This document shows positions 1 through 10,657 of a stretch of 49,558 bases of DNA, one piece after another (within the stretch, counting starts at the first letter, position 1; each line of letters starts with the position of its first letter). The translations under genes and the position numbers were made by a program. The DNA is from Macrostomum lignano (Eukaryota), in NCBI GenBank assembly GCA_002269645.1, contig NIVC01004340.1, positions 1-49,558 on the forward strand. The letters are read 5' to 3'. Under the pieces are notes generated by a model, which was not told where the DNA came from, searched no databases, and saw only the letters and a program-made list of their open reading frames with translations.

Positions 1-1208
1 TTATATAATCTCTGGTAATTGCTGTTTATTCAATGCAGTGGGTATTGACATTCATGCAATTGCAAATGTCCATAGCCAGTGTAAAAATTAATTAGTTAAG
101 ATAAAGGACTAAAATACAATACTCTAGGAAGCTCTATGAAGGCTACAATATATACAAGGGGATAAAAACCATCTAGCATTCCTTGAGATCATATTGACTG
201 AATGAGGTTATTTGAGTGATCAAATGACTAACTTTATATTTTAATGACTAAAGTAGACATAGTAAAGATATATGAAATATTGATAGTTAGCTATTTTAAG
301 GGTCAAGATACTTTTGGCTAGAGGTAGGAAGATATTGGAATCTTTCCAAAGACAGGTTTTTTATCCTATCAAATTTCTTAGAACTTATATATTGAAGGGA
401 GCTAAAGTTATGTTTTCACTTTTAATAGAAAGATAAGGAGAGCTTTTAAATATCTTAAGGTCAAAGACTAAAAAACAACAAAGCTCTATATATGTATATT
501 GTGTGGTTGGGGTTATATACTAAAAGGTTTAAGTTAAGATAGATATTTTCATTTCTATACAAAATGAGCTCTAAATCCTACTTATACAGTCATTAGGATC
601 AATCAGATTTAAGAAAATTTACATTTTATTGTACTATTTACTTTTCTTTACTTTACTTTTTATACCAAATGCATATTATGGTTTGTTTAGCAGGGACTAA
701 AGTTAATTAATTAGATATAGTTATCATAGATATAGGTAAATTTTGATATTATGTTAAAACTAAGTTATTAATAATCAATATTAAAACAAATATTTTAGCT
801 TAGGCCTCACTATAAATTAAAGTTTAAAAAATCCTTATTTGTTTTTTGTTTTTAAAATTTGTAAAATTTATATTTTGCCTATTAACATTGGATTTACTAA
901 ATTACTTTTTCCTAAGGCTAGGCCCAAGGTATATAGCTATACATAGCTTATGGGAGAATAACTAAGATATCAAGGCTAAAGTCAGAAGCTACAGTAAATG
1001 TAGTTTATTCAAAACTTTTAATTACATTATTTGTTGGCTCTTTATAAGGGGGGTCATTGATAGAAAAAGTGTCATGTTGAAGTTAAGAGATTCATTTGGG
1101 AATTGCTGCACTGTCAAAGCTTGGAAGAGATTGCTATAATGCTATAATGACTCTTAGGGAGAATTGCTAAAATGCTAATGCTATAGCTATGGGATCCTTT
1201 GGCAAATA

Positions 1209-2239
1209 AGACAAAAAAGTAATCCAATCAATGGAAAATATTTAATTTGTTTAAATAGGCTTTGCTGCATTTATATAAGCATGAGAGCAAAGTGGTTTTT
1301 TAAAATATGAGCACATTTTCATTTTCAACCCCTTCCTCCTAGTCAATGCTTTACATATGGCGCACGATGCAGATAAGGCCTTAGGTAGTCCTATGTGGCA
1401 TGCAGTGCATATGATATTTCCAAATAATCTTAGCATGCGGCATACAAATAAGGGGGCCTATGGTAAAATAGGTGCTTATAGCAATTATGGATTGCCTTTG
1501 GTAGATATGCTGCTCTTATAGCTACAACTATAGAAATATGGTAGTTGATGTCATATTCTGTAGATTCATATAGCCATAGTTGTTAATTTAAAAAAATATT
1601 AGAAACAGGTAGAATAAAACAAAAATACTTTAGTAAACTGTATTATAGACTTAGATATAGGAATATGGTAATATTGGGGTCCCTACAGCTAGCTAAGGAA
1701 TATAGAGAATTGGAATTGGAATAAGCCATATATTTTGCTTATGGCTATGGCTATGGCACATAGACCCTCCTTATAATAGAACACTAGTTAGAAGGTTAAC
1801 AGGAAATTTTTTAAGGCTTTAAGGCTTATTAGCCACATGCAAAATAGATTTGAAAATAAAATTAAAGGTTTGGATTTAGCTAGACTATGAAAAATTTAAT
1901 TGGTAAAATCTTGATTCTAATTATTATTTTTGATATTTTAATTATAAAATTTTTGTTAAATAATTATAATATAATAGCTTTTTTTGTTACTTTGTAGCAA
2001 AAAAAGACAAAAAAGTAATCCAATCAATAAAAAATATTTAATTTGTTTAAATAGGCTTCGCTGCATTTATATAAGCATGAGAGCAAAGTGGTTATTAAAA
2101 TATGAGCACATTTTCACTTTCAACCCTTTCCTCCTAGTCAATGCTTCACATATGGTGCACAATGCAAATAAGGCCTTAGGTAGGCCTATGCAGCATGCAG
2201 TGCACATGATATTTCCAAATAATCTCAGCATGTGGCATA
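1209..2239 (+). repeat. Dispersed direct duplication of ~235 bp (1209-1444 and 2005-2239)
   Basis: Both copies begin AGACAAAAAAGTAATCCAATCAAT and end ATTTCCAAATAATCT(T/C)AGCATG(C/T)GGCATA. Differences are mostly C/T and G/A transitions. Confidence 0.9.
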
Positions 2240-2284
2240 GGCCATAGAGTCAAAAAGTTTTGTTGCATGCCACAGCCAGGAAGA

Positions 2285-2850
2285 CGGTAGAATCCTCGGA
2301 ATTTTCCGGCGCAAATCAGCAATTTGCCGGCGCACGGCGCACACTTCACTGCGCCGCGCGCATGGGTTCGGCGCATCGGCGCATGGCTCGGTGCATTGGT
2401 GCATGGCTCGGCGCATGGCGCACAAGGTACGTCAGTGTACGTGACAATATAATAATGATATTGTATATTAAATGTCAATCAATCAATAAAATAAACGATA
2501 GTCGATACGATAGTCGTTATTTCCAATGTTGTTTCTATTTCAAATTTCATTAATCGACTTAACAAACTTAACAAATTTGCGCCTTTCGCGGCTTTTGTTG
2601 CGTCTTTTTGCTTATATTTTGCAAATAGAAGCTATGATTGAACTGCTTGAACTTCCATTGATATTGATTCAATTTAGATACTTAATACTTGATGGTGCTT
2701 TTTCAAGTGTATTTTTCTTGGCGCATGGCGCACAAGTAATTTTTTTTTCTCGGCGCACGCGGCGCACAAGTAATTTTTTTTTCTCGCGCACGCGGCGCAC
2801 AACAAAATTTTGATGGATGTTATTCCGGCGCACACGCTGCACCTTCCTGA
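2285..2850. repeat. CpG-rich island of GGCGCA(C/T) motifs with a short ~33-bp tandem duplication (about 2736-2800); element remnant or promoter
   Basis: GGCGCATGGCGCACAAG occurs at ~2410 and ~2719, and TTTTTTTCTC(G)GCGCACGCGGCGCACAA is repeated. The flanking DNA is almost CpG-free. Confidence 0.55.
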
Positions 2851-3667
2851 CCATGGGTTGCATGCATGGAACATCTTTGAGACTAGGCCTATGAGGCTAT
2901 GGCACAGCTGCATACAAAAATTTTATATATGCACTGTGCATGAAGTCTCACTGCACGTGATAATGCACGCAGTGCAGGGGCCAAAAACCCTCATGCATGC
3001 CACAAATTTGTGGAGAAAACAGCATCTTGGGGAGAGTGGATTAGCACTAGGAATGCTATAAAATTATTAATAGGGCCTAAAATAGATTTAAAAATTAACA
3101 AAGACCTACAAGCCTACAAAATTTAAATAGAAAGGGTCCCACTATAACAAAAATTTTATACACATAGCCATCCATAGCATAGGCCTAGCCTAGGCCTTAG
3201 GTACTAGGTAGTAGTAGGTAGACTAAAAGGTAAAAGTGGGATAGCCCTAAAAGCCCCTAATGCATGTACATAATGTACACATGAAGATAGGCCTAAGGAT
3301 AAGTGGAAGCAGTATATTAGACATGATCTGGACAGAACCGACTTCTACGCCGACAATAATTTCCTTACCATAGCATCATGTATAAGCTCTACAAACATGA
3401 AAGCATAGAATTTGATGCTGAACTAACCTTCGTCGAACTCTTATTTTAGCAATTGCAATTTTGTAATTTCTTTTTTACATTTGATTTAGAACTATACTAC
3501 AAGTTATAACAACAACGTTATATTGACCAGAACAATATTGCATAACATATTATGTGCCTCAGTCTTAAGAAAACAAAATGTGTATAAATTAAGTAAATGG
3601 CTTTTAACTAGCAGCGTAAAAGCTTAGATCACAAATTTTAACATTACTGAATTTTTCGCTTTTTTTC

Positions 3668-3718
3668 CTGGAACCCCCTGCTGGAACCCCCTGCTGGAAC
3701 CCCCTGCTGGAACCCCCT
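3668..3718 (+). repeat. 13-bp tandem repeat x4 (CTGGAACCCCCTG)
   Basis: Read directly from the sequence. Confidence 0.9.
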
Positions 3719-4419
3719 AGTAATTTAAGACTACAATAAACGGCTACTGTAATGAGTCAATGACACATTTAGTTATCTAAAATACATTATCTTTTACTGA
3801 TACAAAATCTTCACCACTTTATGTTTTTGGGAAAGGAGATCAAGCAAATCACACCTCGGCCTGCTAGGCGAAAAAATCCTTTTTGGTTTTTGATCGCGTG
3901 TCTGCAGTTGGGTTGGCAACAATTGTCTACAATTTACAGCAGACAAATACAATGATCTGATGTGATGGGTAGAGTGTCTATCAGTTAACATTATACACTT
4001 CGGGCTTTGGTACCTTTTATACCTAAACCTCTAAAATTTGTAGTCACAAACTTTTGAAATGTTAAAATAAGATGACATAATTTTATATAATTTATAAATT
4101 TAATAATTGAATATTTTTTCAATATTAACTAATAACTAATATTATAGACTATATCAATTGAACAAATCATTCCATCAAAATATGTGCTAACATAGAAATG
4201 AAATAGCTATATGATACTGTAAGTGTTGTATTAGTCATAATTTTTTAAATATTTAAATAGATAAAACAAATATATTACTGATTTCTATTGAAAAACTCAT
4301 ATTTCAAGTACATAACATACCATTTTATATACTTCGGTTTTTAATATTAAAAGCATTCATTCCATCTTTGCCTTTCTCATGAATTTATTGACAGTGAAGT
4401 TGATCATCCAAACTTGGCA

Positions 4420-7316
4420 ATGAAGTGGCACAACTCAATTATTGCACTACTCTACTTGTTCTGTACTCATCTGCATGCTCATAAGCCTGAAACCAAAATC
4501 AACAAGGCTGATAATTTTAAAGCTAGTGGACAGCCGACTCCAGCCACCGCAGTAGGCTCCAAGCCAAGATTCGCTCCACCAAAGCTACCAGATGGTGCAT
4601 ATTATGCGCAGTATTTTCCCGGCCCAGGAAGTCCAGCCGACCATGGTCTAGTTCTGTCCCAGTCAAAGAAGGACTCTGATGAGCTGGCAGACAAGTACGA
4701 TGGCCAGTGGTCCGTAGAGGTGCCGGATAGCTCTGCCATCGAGGGCGACTACGCTCTCGTGATGAAGAGTCCAGCAAAGCACTACGCCATCTCGGCCAAG
4801 CTCGACCGGCCATTTGTGTTCGACCAGCCCGACAAGCAATTTGTTCTGCAGTACGATGTGAAATTCCAGCACGGCATGGAGTGCGGCGGCGCCTATCTGA
4901 AACTGCTGACTGACAGTCCCAGCCTTAACCTGACAGAGTTCACTGACAGGACAGCCTACACTATCATGTTCGGGCCTGACAAATGCGGCCCGGAGCACAA
5001 GCTGCACTTTATACTGCGCCACCGCTGCCCAGCAACCGGCAATGTAGAAGAGAAACACGCCAGAAAGCCTCAAGTAGATTTGAGCGCCTACTTCAATGAC
5101 AAGCGAACTCACCTGTACACTCTGGTTGTCAGCTCGGACAACAGTTTCCAAGTGTATATCGATCAAGTGCTAGTTAACAATGGCAGCCTTCTGGAGGACC
5201 TCCAGCCGCCAGTGAATCCTCCGCCGGATGCGGACGATTCCACCGACCAGAAGCCGGCCGATTGGGATGATCGAGAAAAAATCCCAGATCCCAAAGCTGT
5301 CCGGCCGGCCGACTGGGACGAGTCGCAGTCGGAGTTCATCGACGATGCCCAGGCCAGCGTGCCGGCCGGCTGGCTGCTGGACGAGCCGCCGACCGTGCCC
5401 GACACGACGGCTAAAAAGCCGGCCGACTGGGATGACGACATCGACGGAGCCTGGCAGCCGGCGCACATCGAAAATCCCAAGTGAGAGGCCGGTGAATGCG
5501 TGCTCTTCATGCTACTCTTTTAGGGCACCTCTACCCCTCAGCTACTTCAGAGAGCACCTCTACACCCTCAGCTACTTCAGAGGGCACCTCTACACCCTCA
5601 GCTGCTTCAGGGGGCACCTCTACACCCTCAGCTACTTCAGAGGGCACCTCTACCCCCTCAGCTACTTCAGAGAGCACCTCTACACCCTCAGCTACTTCAG
5701 GGGGCACCTCTACACCCTCAGCTACTTCAGAGAGCCCCTCTACACCCTCAGCTACTTCAGGGGGCACCTCTACCCCTCAGCTACTTCAGAGAGCACCTCT
5801 ACACCCTCAGCTACTTCAGAGAGCCCCTCTACACCCTCAGCTACTTCAGGGGCGCCTCTACCTCTCAACTATCAGAAGGTGCCCCTACCCACTCACACTT
5901 TGAATTCCAAGGTGCAAAGACGCGCCCGGCTGCGGGCCATGGACTCGGCCGAAAGTGAGGAATCCCCTGTACCGTGGCCAGTGGACTCCGCCATTGGTGG
6001 ACAATCCGGCCTACAGAGGCGCCTGGCGACCCCGCCGGATTGCCAATGCGGATGGGTTCGTGGACAAGCAGCCTTGGAAATTTTCACCCATTGGTGCCAT
6101 CGGCTTTGAGCTCTGGTCCGTGACTGAAGGCGTCGCATTTGACAATTTGCTGATAGTCGATCGCAAGCCGCTAGCCGACTCCTTCGCCGATCAGACTTGG
6201 TCGATAAAGCGCCAGGCTGAGCGCCAACAGGACTCGGCTCTGCAGGCTGTTTTTGACGCGGTGCGCGATGCCACCAACGATAGGCCGTGGATTTGGGCGG
6301 CGCTGCTAGTTGGAGTTGTACTACCGGTAGTGCTACTCATTGCTTACTGTTGCTGTCTGCGCGAGAGCTCCCCAAGTTCGAAGGCCGCCGCCGCCGCCGC
6401 TCGGGCTAGGCGAAAGAAAACAGACGGAGACGATGACTATGATTATGATGATGAGGATGACGAAGATGACGATGATGATCTTGTCGATGATGCGGCGCCG
6501 GCAGCTGCGGAGGCTGACTATTATGACGACAGCGATGAACCGCCGGAACTGGTCGATTTGGACGCGCCTGACGATGAGTGAGTGTGGGTCCATGCTGGTT
6601 GCTGCTGCCCTCAGGGCTCTTCAGTAGGTGTGCTGCTGCCCTCAGGGCTCTTCAGTAGGTGTGCTGCTGCCCTCAGGGCTCTTCAGTAGGTGTGCTGCTG
6701 CCCTCGGTGCTCTTCAGTAGGTGTGCTGCTGCCCTCAGGGCTCTTCAGTAGGTGTGCTGCTGCCCTCGGTGCTCTTCAGTAGGTGTGCTGCTGCCCTCAG
6801 GGCTCTTCAGTAGGTGTGCTGCTGCCCTCGGTGCTCTTCAGTAGGTGTGCTGCTGCCCTCAGGGCTCTTCAGTAGGTGTGCTGCTGCCCACGGTGCTCTT
6901 CAGTAGGTGTGCTGCTTCCCTCAGGGCTCTTCAGTAGGTGTGCTGCTGCCCTCGGTGCTCTTCAGTAGGTGTGCTGCTTCCCTCAGGGCTCTTCAGTAGG
7001 TGTGCTGCTGCCCTCGGTGCTCTTCAGTAGGTGTGCTGCTTCCCTCAGGGCTCTTCAGTAGGTGTGCTGCTGCCCTCGGTGCTCTTCAGTAGGTGTGCTG
7101 CTACTGCTGTGTAATATTATTATTTTAAGTTAAGCTCGAAAAAATTATTTCTATTGAAAGTAGCGTCTATACTACAAATTCTCTATTATTGCCATTCACT
7201 TGAAACGAGAAAAGTGAGGTTTTTTATTTTGTTTTTTTTGCAGGCCAGAGGCGGAGCCGATCGGAGCGGAGCCCTCAGTCACGGGGCCGCGGCAGAGAAC
7301 AGTCGGAAAGGCCTGA
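4420..7316 (+). CDS. CANX: Calnexin, join(4420..5480,5912..6577,7244..7316), ~599 aa
   Basis: Signal peptide MKWHNSIIALLYLFCTHLHA; lectin-domain motifs ECGGAYLKLL and IMFGPDKCG; P-domain repeats (KPADWDD, IPDPKAVRPADWDE). Splicing restores NPK|CKDAPGCGPW. TM segment WIWAALLVGVVLPVVLLIAYCCCL, acidic tail, ending PRQRTVGKA*. All introns are GT-AG and frame-consistent; AATAAA at 7370-7375. Confidence 0.95.
5524..5862 (+). repeat. 30-bp minisatellite in calnexin intron 1 (~11 copies)
   Basis: Unit GGCACCTCTACACCCTCAGCTACTTCAGAG with variants. Confidence 0.92.
6600..7101 (+). repeat. 31-bp minisatellite in calnexin intron 2 (~16 copies, two alternating variants)
   Basis: Unit TGCTGCTGCCCTCAGGGCTCTTCAGTAGGTG alternating with the CCCTCGGTGCTC variant. 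Confidence 0.92.
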
Positions 7317-7867
7317 ATGATCCAGATTCAACTCTGATCAATATTTTGTTATCGATTTATCGATTTGTAAATAAAATAGCTAGTTTAATCGACACTGGAT
7401 TCGCGAGACTAAAAGTACAAGCTTTTTTGCATTTCTATACGCTTTTATTAATGCTCATTTAATCAGCATAGCAGTCTTCAGTTTTGTGTCTTAATATGCT
7501 CATAATTATTATGTACATGTACGAACCGTTCTATCATGAATACAGCTGAATTATTCATCGTTTATACTAATGCCTTTTTCTAGTGGAAATCCAATTCGAA
7601 ACTGCTTGTTAGTTTAAATTATTTCTAAAGCACTTTGGGCATTTCAAGTACCTGTACTGCTTTTCAATCATAGTTTTATAGATAACAAACATGCTCTGAG
7701 TTCTTTGCGAACCTGTTGTGCTTGTCACACACAGCCTTTATATTGATGAAGCGATTATTACGATAATGGCCCAGCCCAGGTTACCTTGTGTTGTGTGTCT
7801 TGTGTCATGCTGGTGCAACACAACTGGATAAAAATTTGCACCTCTTCCTAATCTAACAGTTGAAGAC

Positions 7868-8053
7868 GTAAGCTTAGCAGCCGCAGGGAGCAAGCCCGGA
7901 CACCAAGTGAGTAGGTAAGCTTAGCAGCCGCAGGGAGCAAGCCCGGACACCAAGTGAGTAGGTAAGCTTAGCAGCCGCAGGGAGCAAGCCCGGACACCAA
8001 GTGAGTAGGTAAGCTTAGCAGCCGCAGGGAGCAAGCCCGGACACCAAGTGAGT
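7868..8053 (+). repeat. 47-bp tandem repeat x4
   Basis: GTAAGCTTAGCAGCCGCAGGGAGCAAGCCCGGACACCAAGTGAGTAG starts at 7868, 7915, 7962 and 8009. Confidence 0.93.
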
Positions 8054-8879
8054 AAAAATATTTTACGTTCGCACTTGTCATGATTCTGGAAATGGAACTT
8101 TTCAGAAGGCAGCAGATAAAACCGAAAATTTGTAGCATACGAGCTGGTACATGTGTAGCAGTGGTAAAATCTGGGTTTTTTATTACCAAACACAACTCGA
8201 CACGAGAGCATTGAAAGCGTGGACGGATTAACGCCGTAGATCAAATAGTTGCCGCCCCAGCGCATCGGATTTGACAATTCTTATCTGGAATTAAGTAGCA
8301 GCACAGACGCAGCCATGCAAAGGAGATTAGGGACCCCGGAGAGGAGAGAAGAAGAGAGGAGATCGGCCTCGTTCGCGCTCAGAGCAATCTGATTCGAACT
8401 GCATGATCGGCAGACGAGCTTGGCCATTGGCTGTATTCCATTGTCGGATAGACTCATGTAATCATTAATTGCTATTTGCTTTCCTCTAGATCTGCTCATT
8501 GCATGCTCATGAGTGCGCATGAGAACTGCTCAATTAGAGTCCCCTCTGCCCCAGCTTGATCTGTATATTAGTCAAGTGCATTAACCGCCGTGCATGGGCT
8601 AATGAACTCTGCTTCAAGGTGCAAAGGTAAGCTTTATGAATTCATTTTATTCTTGCTCACTTTATAGTTAATTACATTTATTCGACGTCGATAACGTCGA
8701 CCGACGTTTCCGACGTCTAACGACGTCGCTGATAGATACGTACTTTTACATTGCACCGACGTTCGGCCGAGGTATGACGTCGTTATCGGCCGATGTAATG
8801 TAAATTTGCATATTTGCCAGCAACGTCTCACAGCACAGGATTATGATCCACGTCTCTGACTGGAGTTAACCGGCTGCTG

Positions 8880-9338
8880 ATGACCGAATTGTATTCCGCT
8901 AACAGACTAAACGCAGACAAAAGCCAGTCAGCCATAACGATGACAAAGAGCGACTTGCCCATGCTCAGCCTGCACGAAATGGCCCTGATGACTCAACCAC
9001 TGGATCCGTGGACCAGCGAGCGGCTGAGCAGTAACGATGCCGAGGAGTGCAGCAGCGAGACGCCGGCCAACCTGCCGCCAGACTGGAATCGGAGCCTGCG
9101 CCGAGTCTGCGGCGACAGCTGGAGGCTGCGAAGCGGCCGCGCCTTCGGCGGCAGCGGCGGCGGCCAAGGAGGCAGCTCAGACGGGCACGTCGGAGACGAC
9201 GGCACAGGCTGGACAGCCGGCGATGCTGGCAAGATTATTTGCGTCACGATGGCCTTTCTCAGCTTCCTTGGCCTCATCTTGATGCTACTGATTGCGCTGC
9301 TTCTGCGTCGGGATGGTTCGCGAGGCAATTCTGACTGA
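8880..9338 (+). CDS. Hypothetical 152-aa protein with Gly-rich linker and a single C-terminal transmembrane helix
   Basis: ATG-to-TGA ORF with GC-rich codon usage like the neighbouring genes; hydrophobic IICVTMAFLSFLGLILMLLIALLL followed by RR. No family recognised. Confidence 0.6.
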   Translation: MTELYSANRLNADKSQSAITMTKSDLPMLSLHEMALMTQPLDPWTSERLSSNDAEECSSETPANLPPDWNRSLRRVCGDSWRLRSGRAFGGSGGGQGGSSDGHVGDDGTGWTAGDAGKIICVTMAFLSFLGLILMLLIALLLRRDGSRGNSD

Positions 9339-10217
9339 CACGATGTCCTTTATGAATGGCATGGTTGCCTCTTGACTGAACTTGATGTCCCTCCTGAGTG
9401 ACACGACGTCCTTAATTGGCTGTTTGCCAGTTTGTAATTGTAAAGCATCCCATAATAGTTGCTTACCATTGAATTAACTTCATGAAAGCTAGTGAACACA
9501 GCTTAAGAATTATTAAAAAGGACGAGCTATAAATTCTATATAATACAGGACTGAATTGAATCACCACTCATCGACAGAAGACTTTGAAAGGCTTATAATG
9601 AAGAGTGGAAGCCCTCTGAGGCTAATAGAAAGCAATGAAAGTTTAATAATTCTTTGTGTTTAAGTACCAATGTAAAATTTATACCGAGACATGAAAGAAA
9701 TAAACCAAAGAAGCACAGAAATATTGGAAGTTGACTTTATCTCAAGCAAAAGAATATTTCCTTCAGTTTAAGCTGCGAGTGGACGGAACCGTGGCAGAAA
9801 TCCTCTCACTGGTACCATGTAAGTTCAGTTTTCTGCCATGCGCGATGCAGAATCTTTACTGTGTAGCTTGGCAGCTTCAGCCAACCGACTTCACACAGTG
9901 CACCCAGTGTAGCTGAATTCGGCTGGAGGGCCGGGGATGCAGGAACAAGGCTCTCCGCGCCGAGTTCAGCTGCTGACCGCGTGCGCAACCGCAACAGCAG
10001 CTAGAACTGCGGGATAGAGACAGACACACGGCTTCAATAGGATCGATTCTGCAGCTGTACTGTCAGAATTTCCCTATTCCCCCCCCCCCAAGTACGCAAC
10101 GGCAGTGCACCGCATGCTTGCGAGGCAATATTGATCAATCAGCATTCCTGGCGATGCCGGGGCGGTCGAACGATGCAGAGATGGGCAGCGGGCCTGTGCA
10201 ATGGCCTTTTTACCATA

Positions 10218-10227
10218 CCATAAAAGG
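10218..10227 (+). promoter_or_regulatory. CArG box (SRF site) upstream of the myosin light chain gene
   Basis: CCATAAAAGG matches CC(A/T)6GG, ~380 bp upstream of the predicted TSS of a muscle gene. Confidence 0.5.
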
Positions 10228-10578
10228 TCAGCGCGCAGTTCCAGGCTGAATCCTTCCTTTCGTCCTCCGCTGAACCCCAGTTCCGGAACACCACCCCCCT
10301 CTCTCATCCCTCCGGTGAGGCTGCCTTGACTTCTTTACCTTGCCGTGGTCGTTTGCTACGTGACCCGACTGCATCAAGGAATACAAAAACTGTGTCCGCG
10401 GCTTTTCGCAGTGCCGTCCCGCCCGCTCGGTCATTTCGCATTTCTCCCCAAACCATCCAAGGCTGCTCCCCGTCTGTTGGCCGCTCCGTGCTTTCAAGGT
10501 AGGCGAATTGAATTTTATAGCTAAGGAAAAATTGGTCGTCAGTCGCGATAGACAGACAACTGTTCCACCGGCTGGCAT

Positions 10579-10611
10579 TATATAATTTCACATTTCAGCG
10601 CGAAATCAGTT
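10579..10611 (+). promoter_or_regulatory. TATA box plus Initiator core promoter of the myosin light chain gene
   Basis: TATATAA at 10579 and TCAGTT (Inr, +1 A at 10608) are 29 nt apart; ATG follows at 10658. Confidence 0.7.
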
Positions 10612-10657
10612 TTGAACTTGCAACATTCTTGGCTGCTAGCGAAGCTAAGAAGCGACA

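Noticed and set aside
5228-6109. 293-aa ORF and other ORFs overlapping calnexin
   Set aside because: They are shadow frames of GC-rich calnexin exons plus the intron-1 minisatellite.
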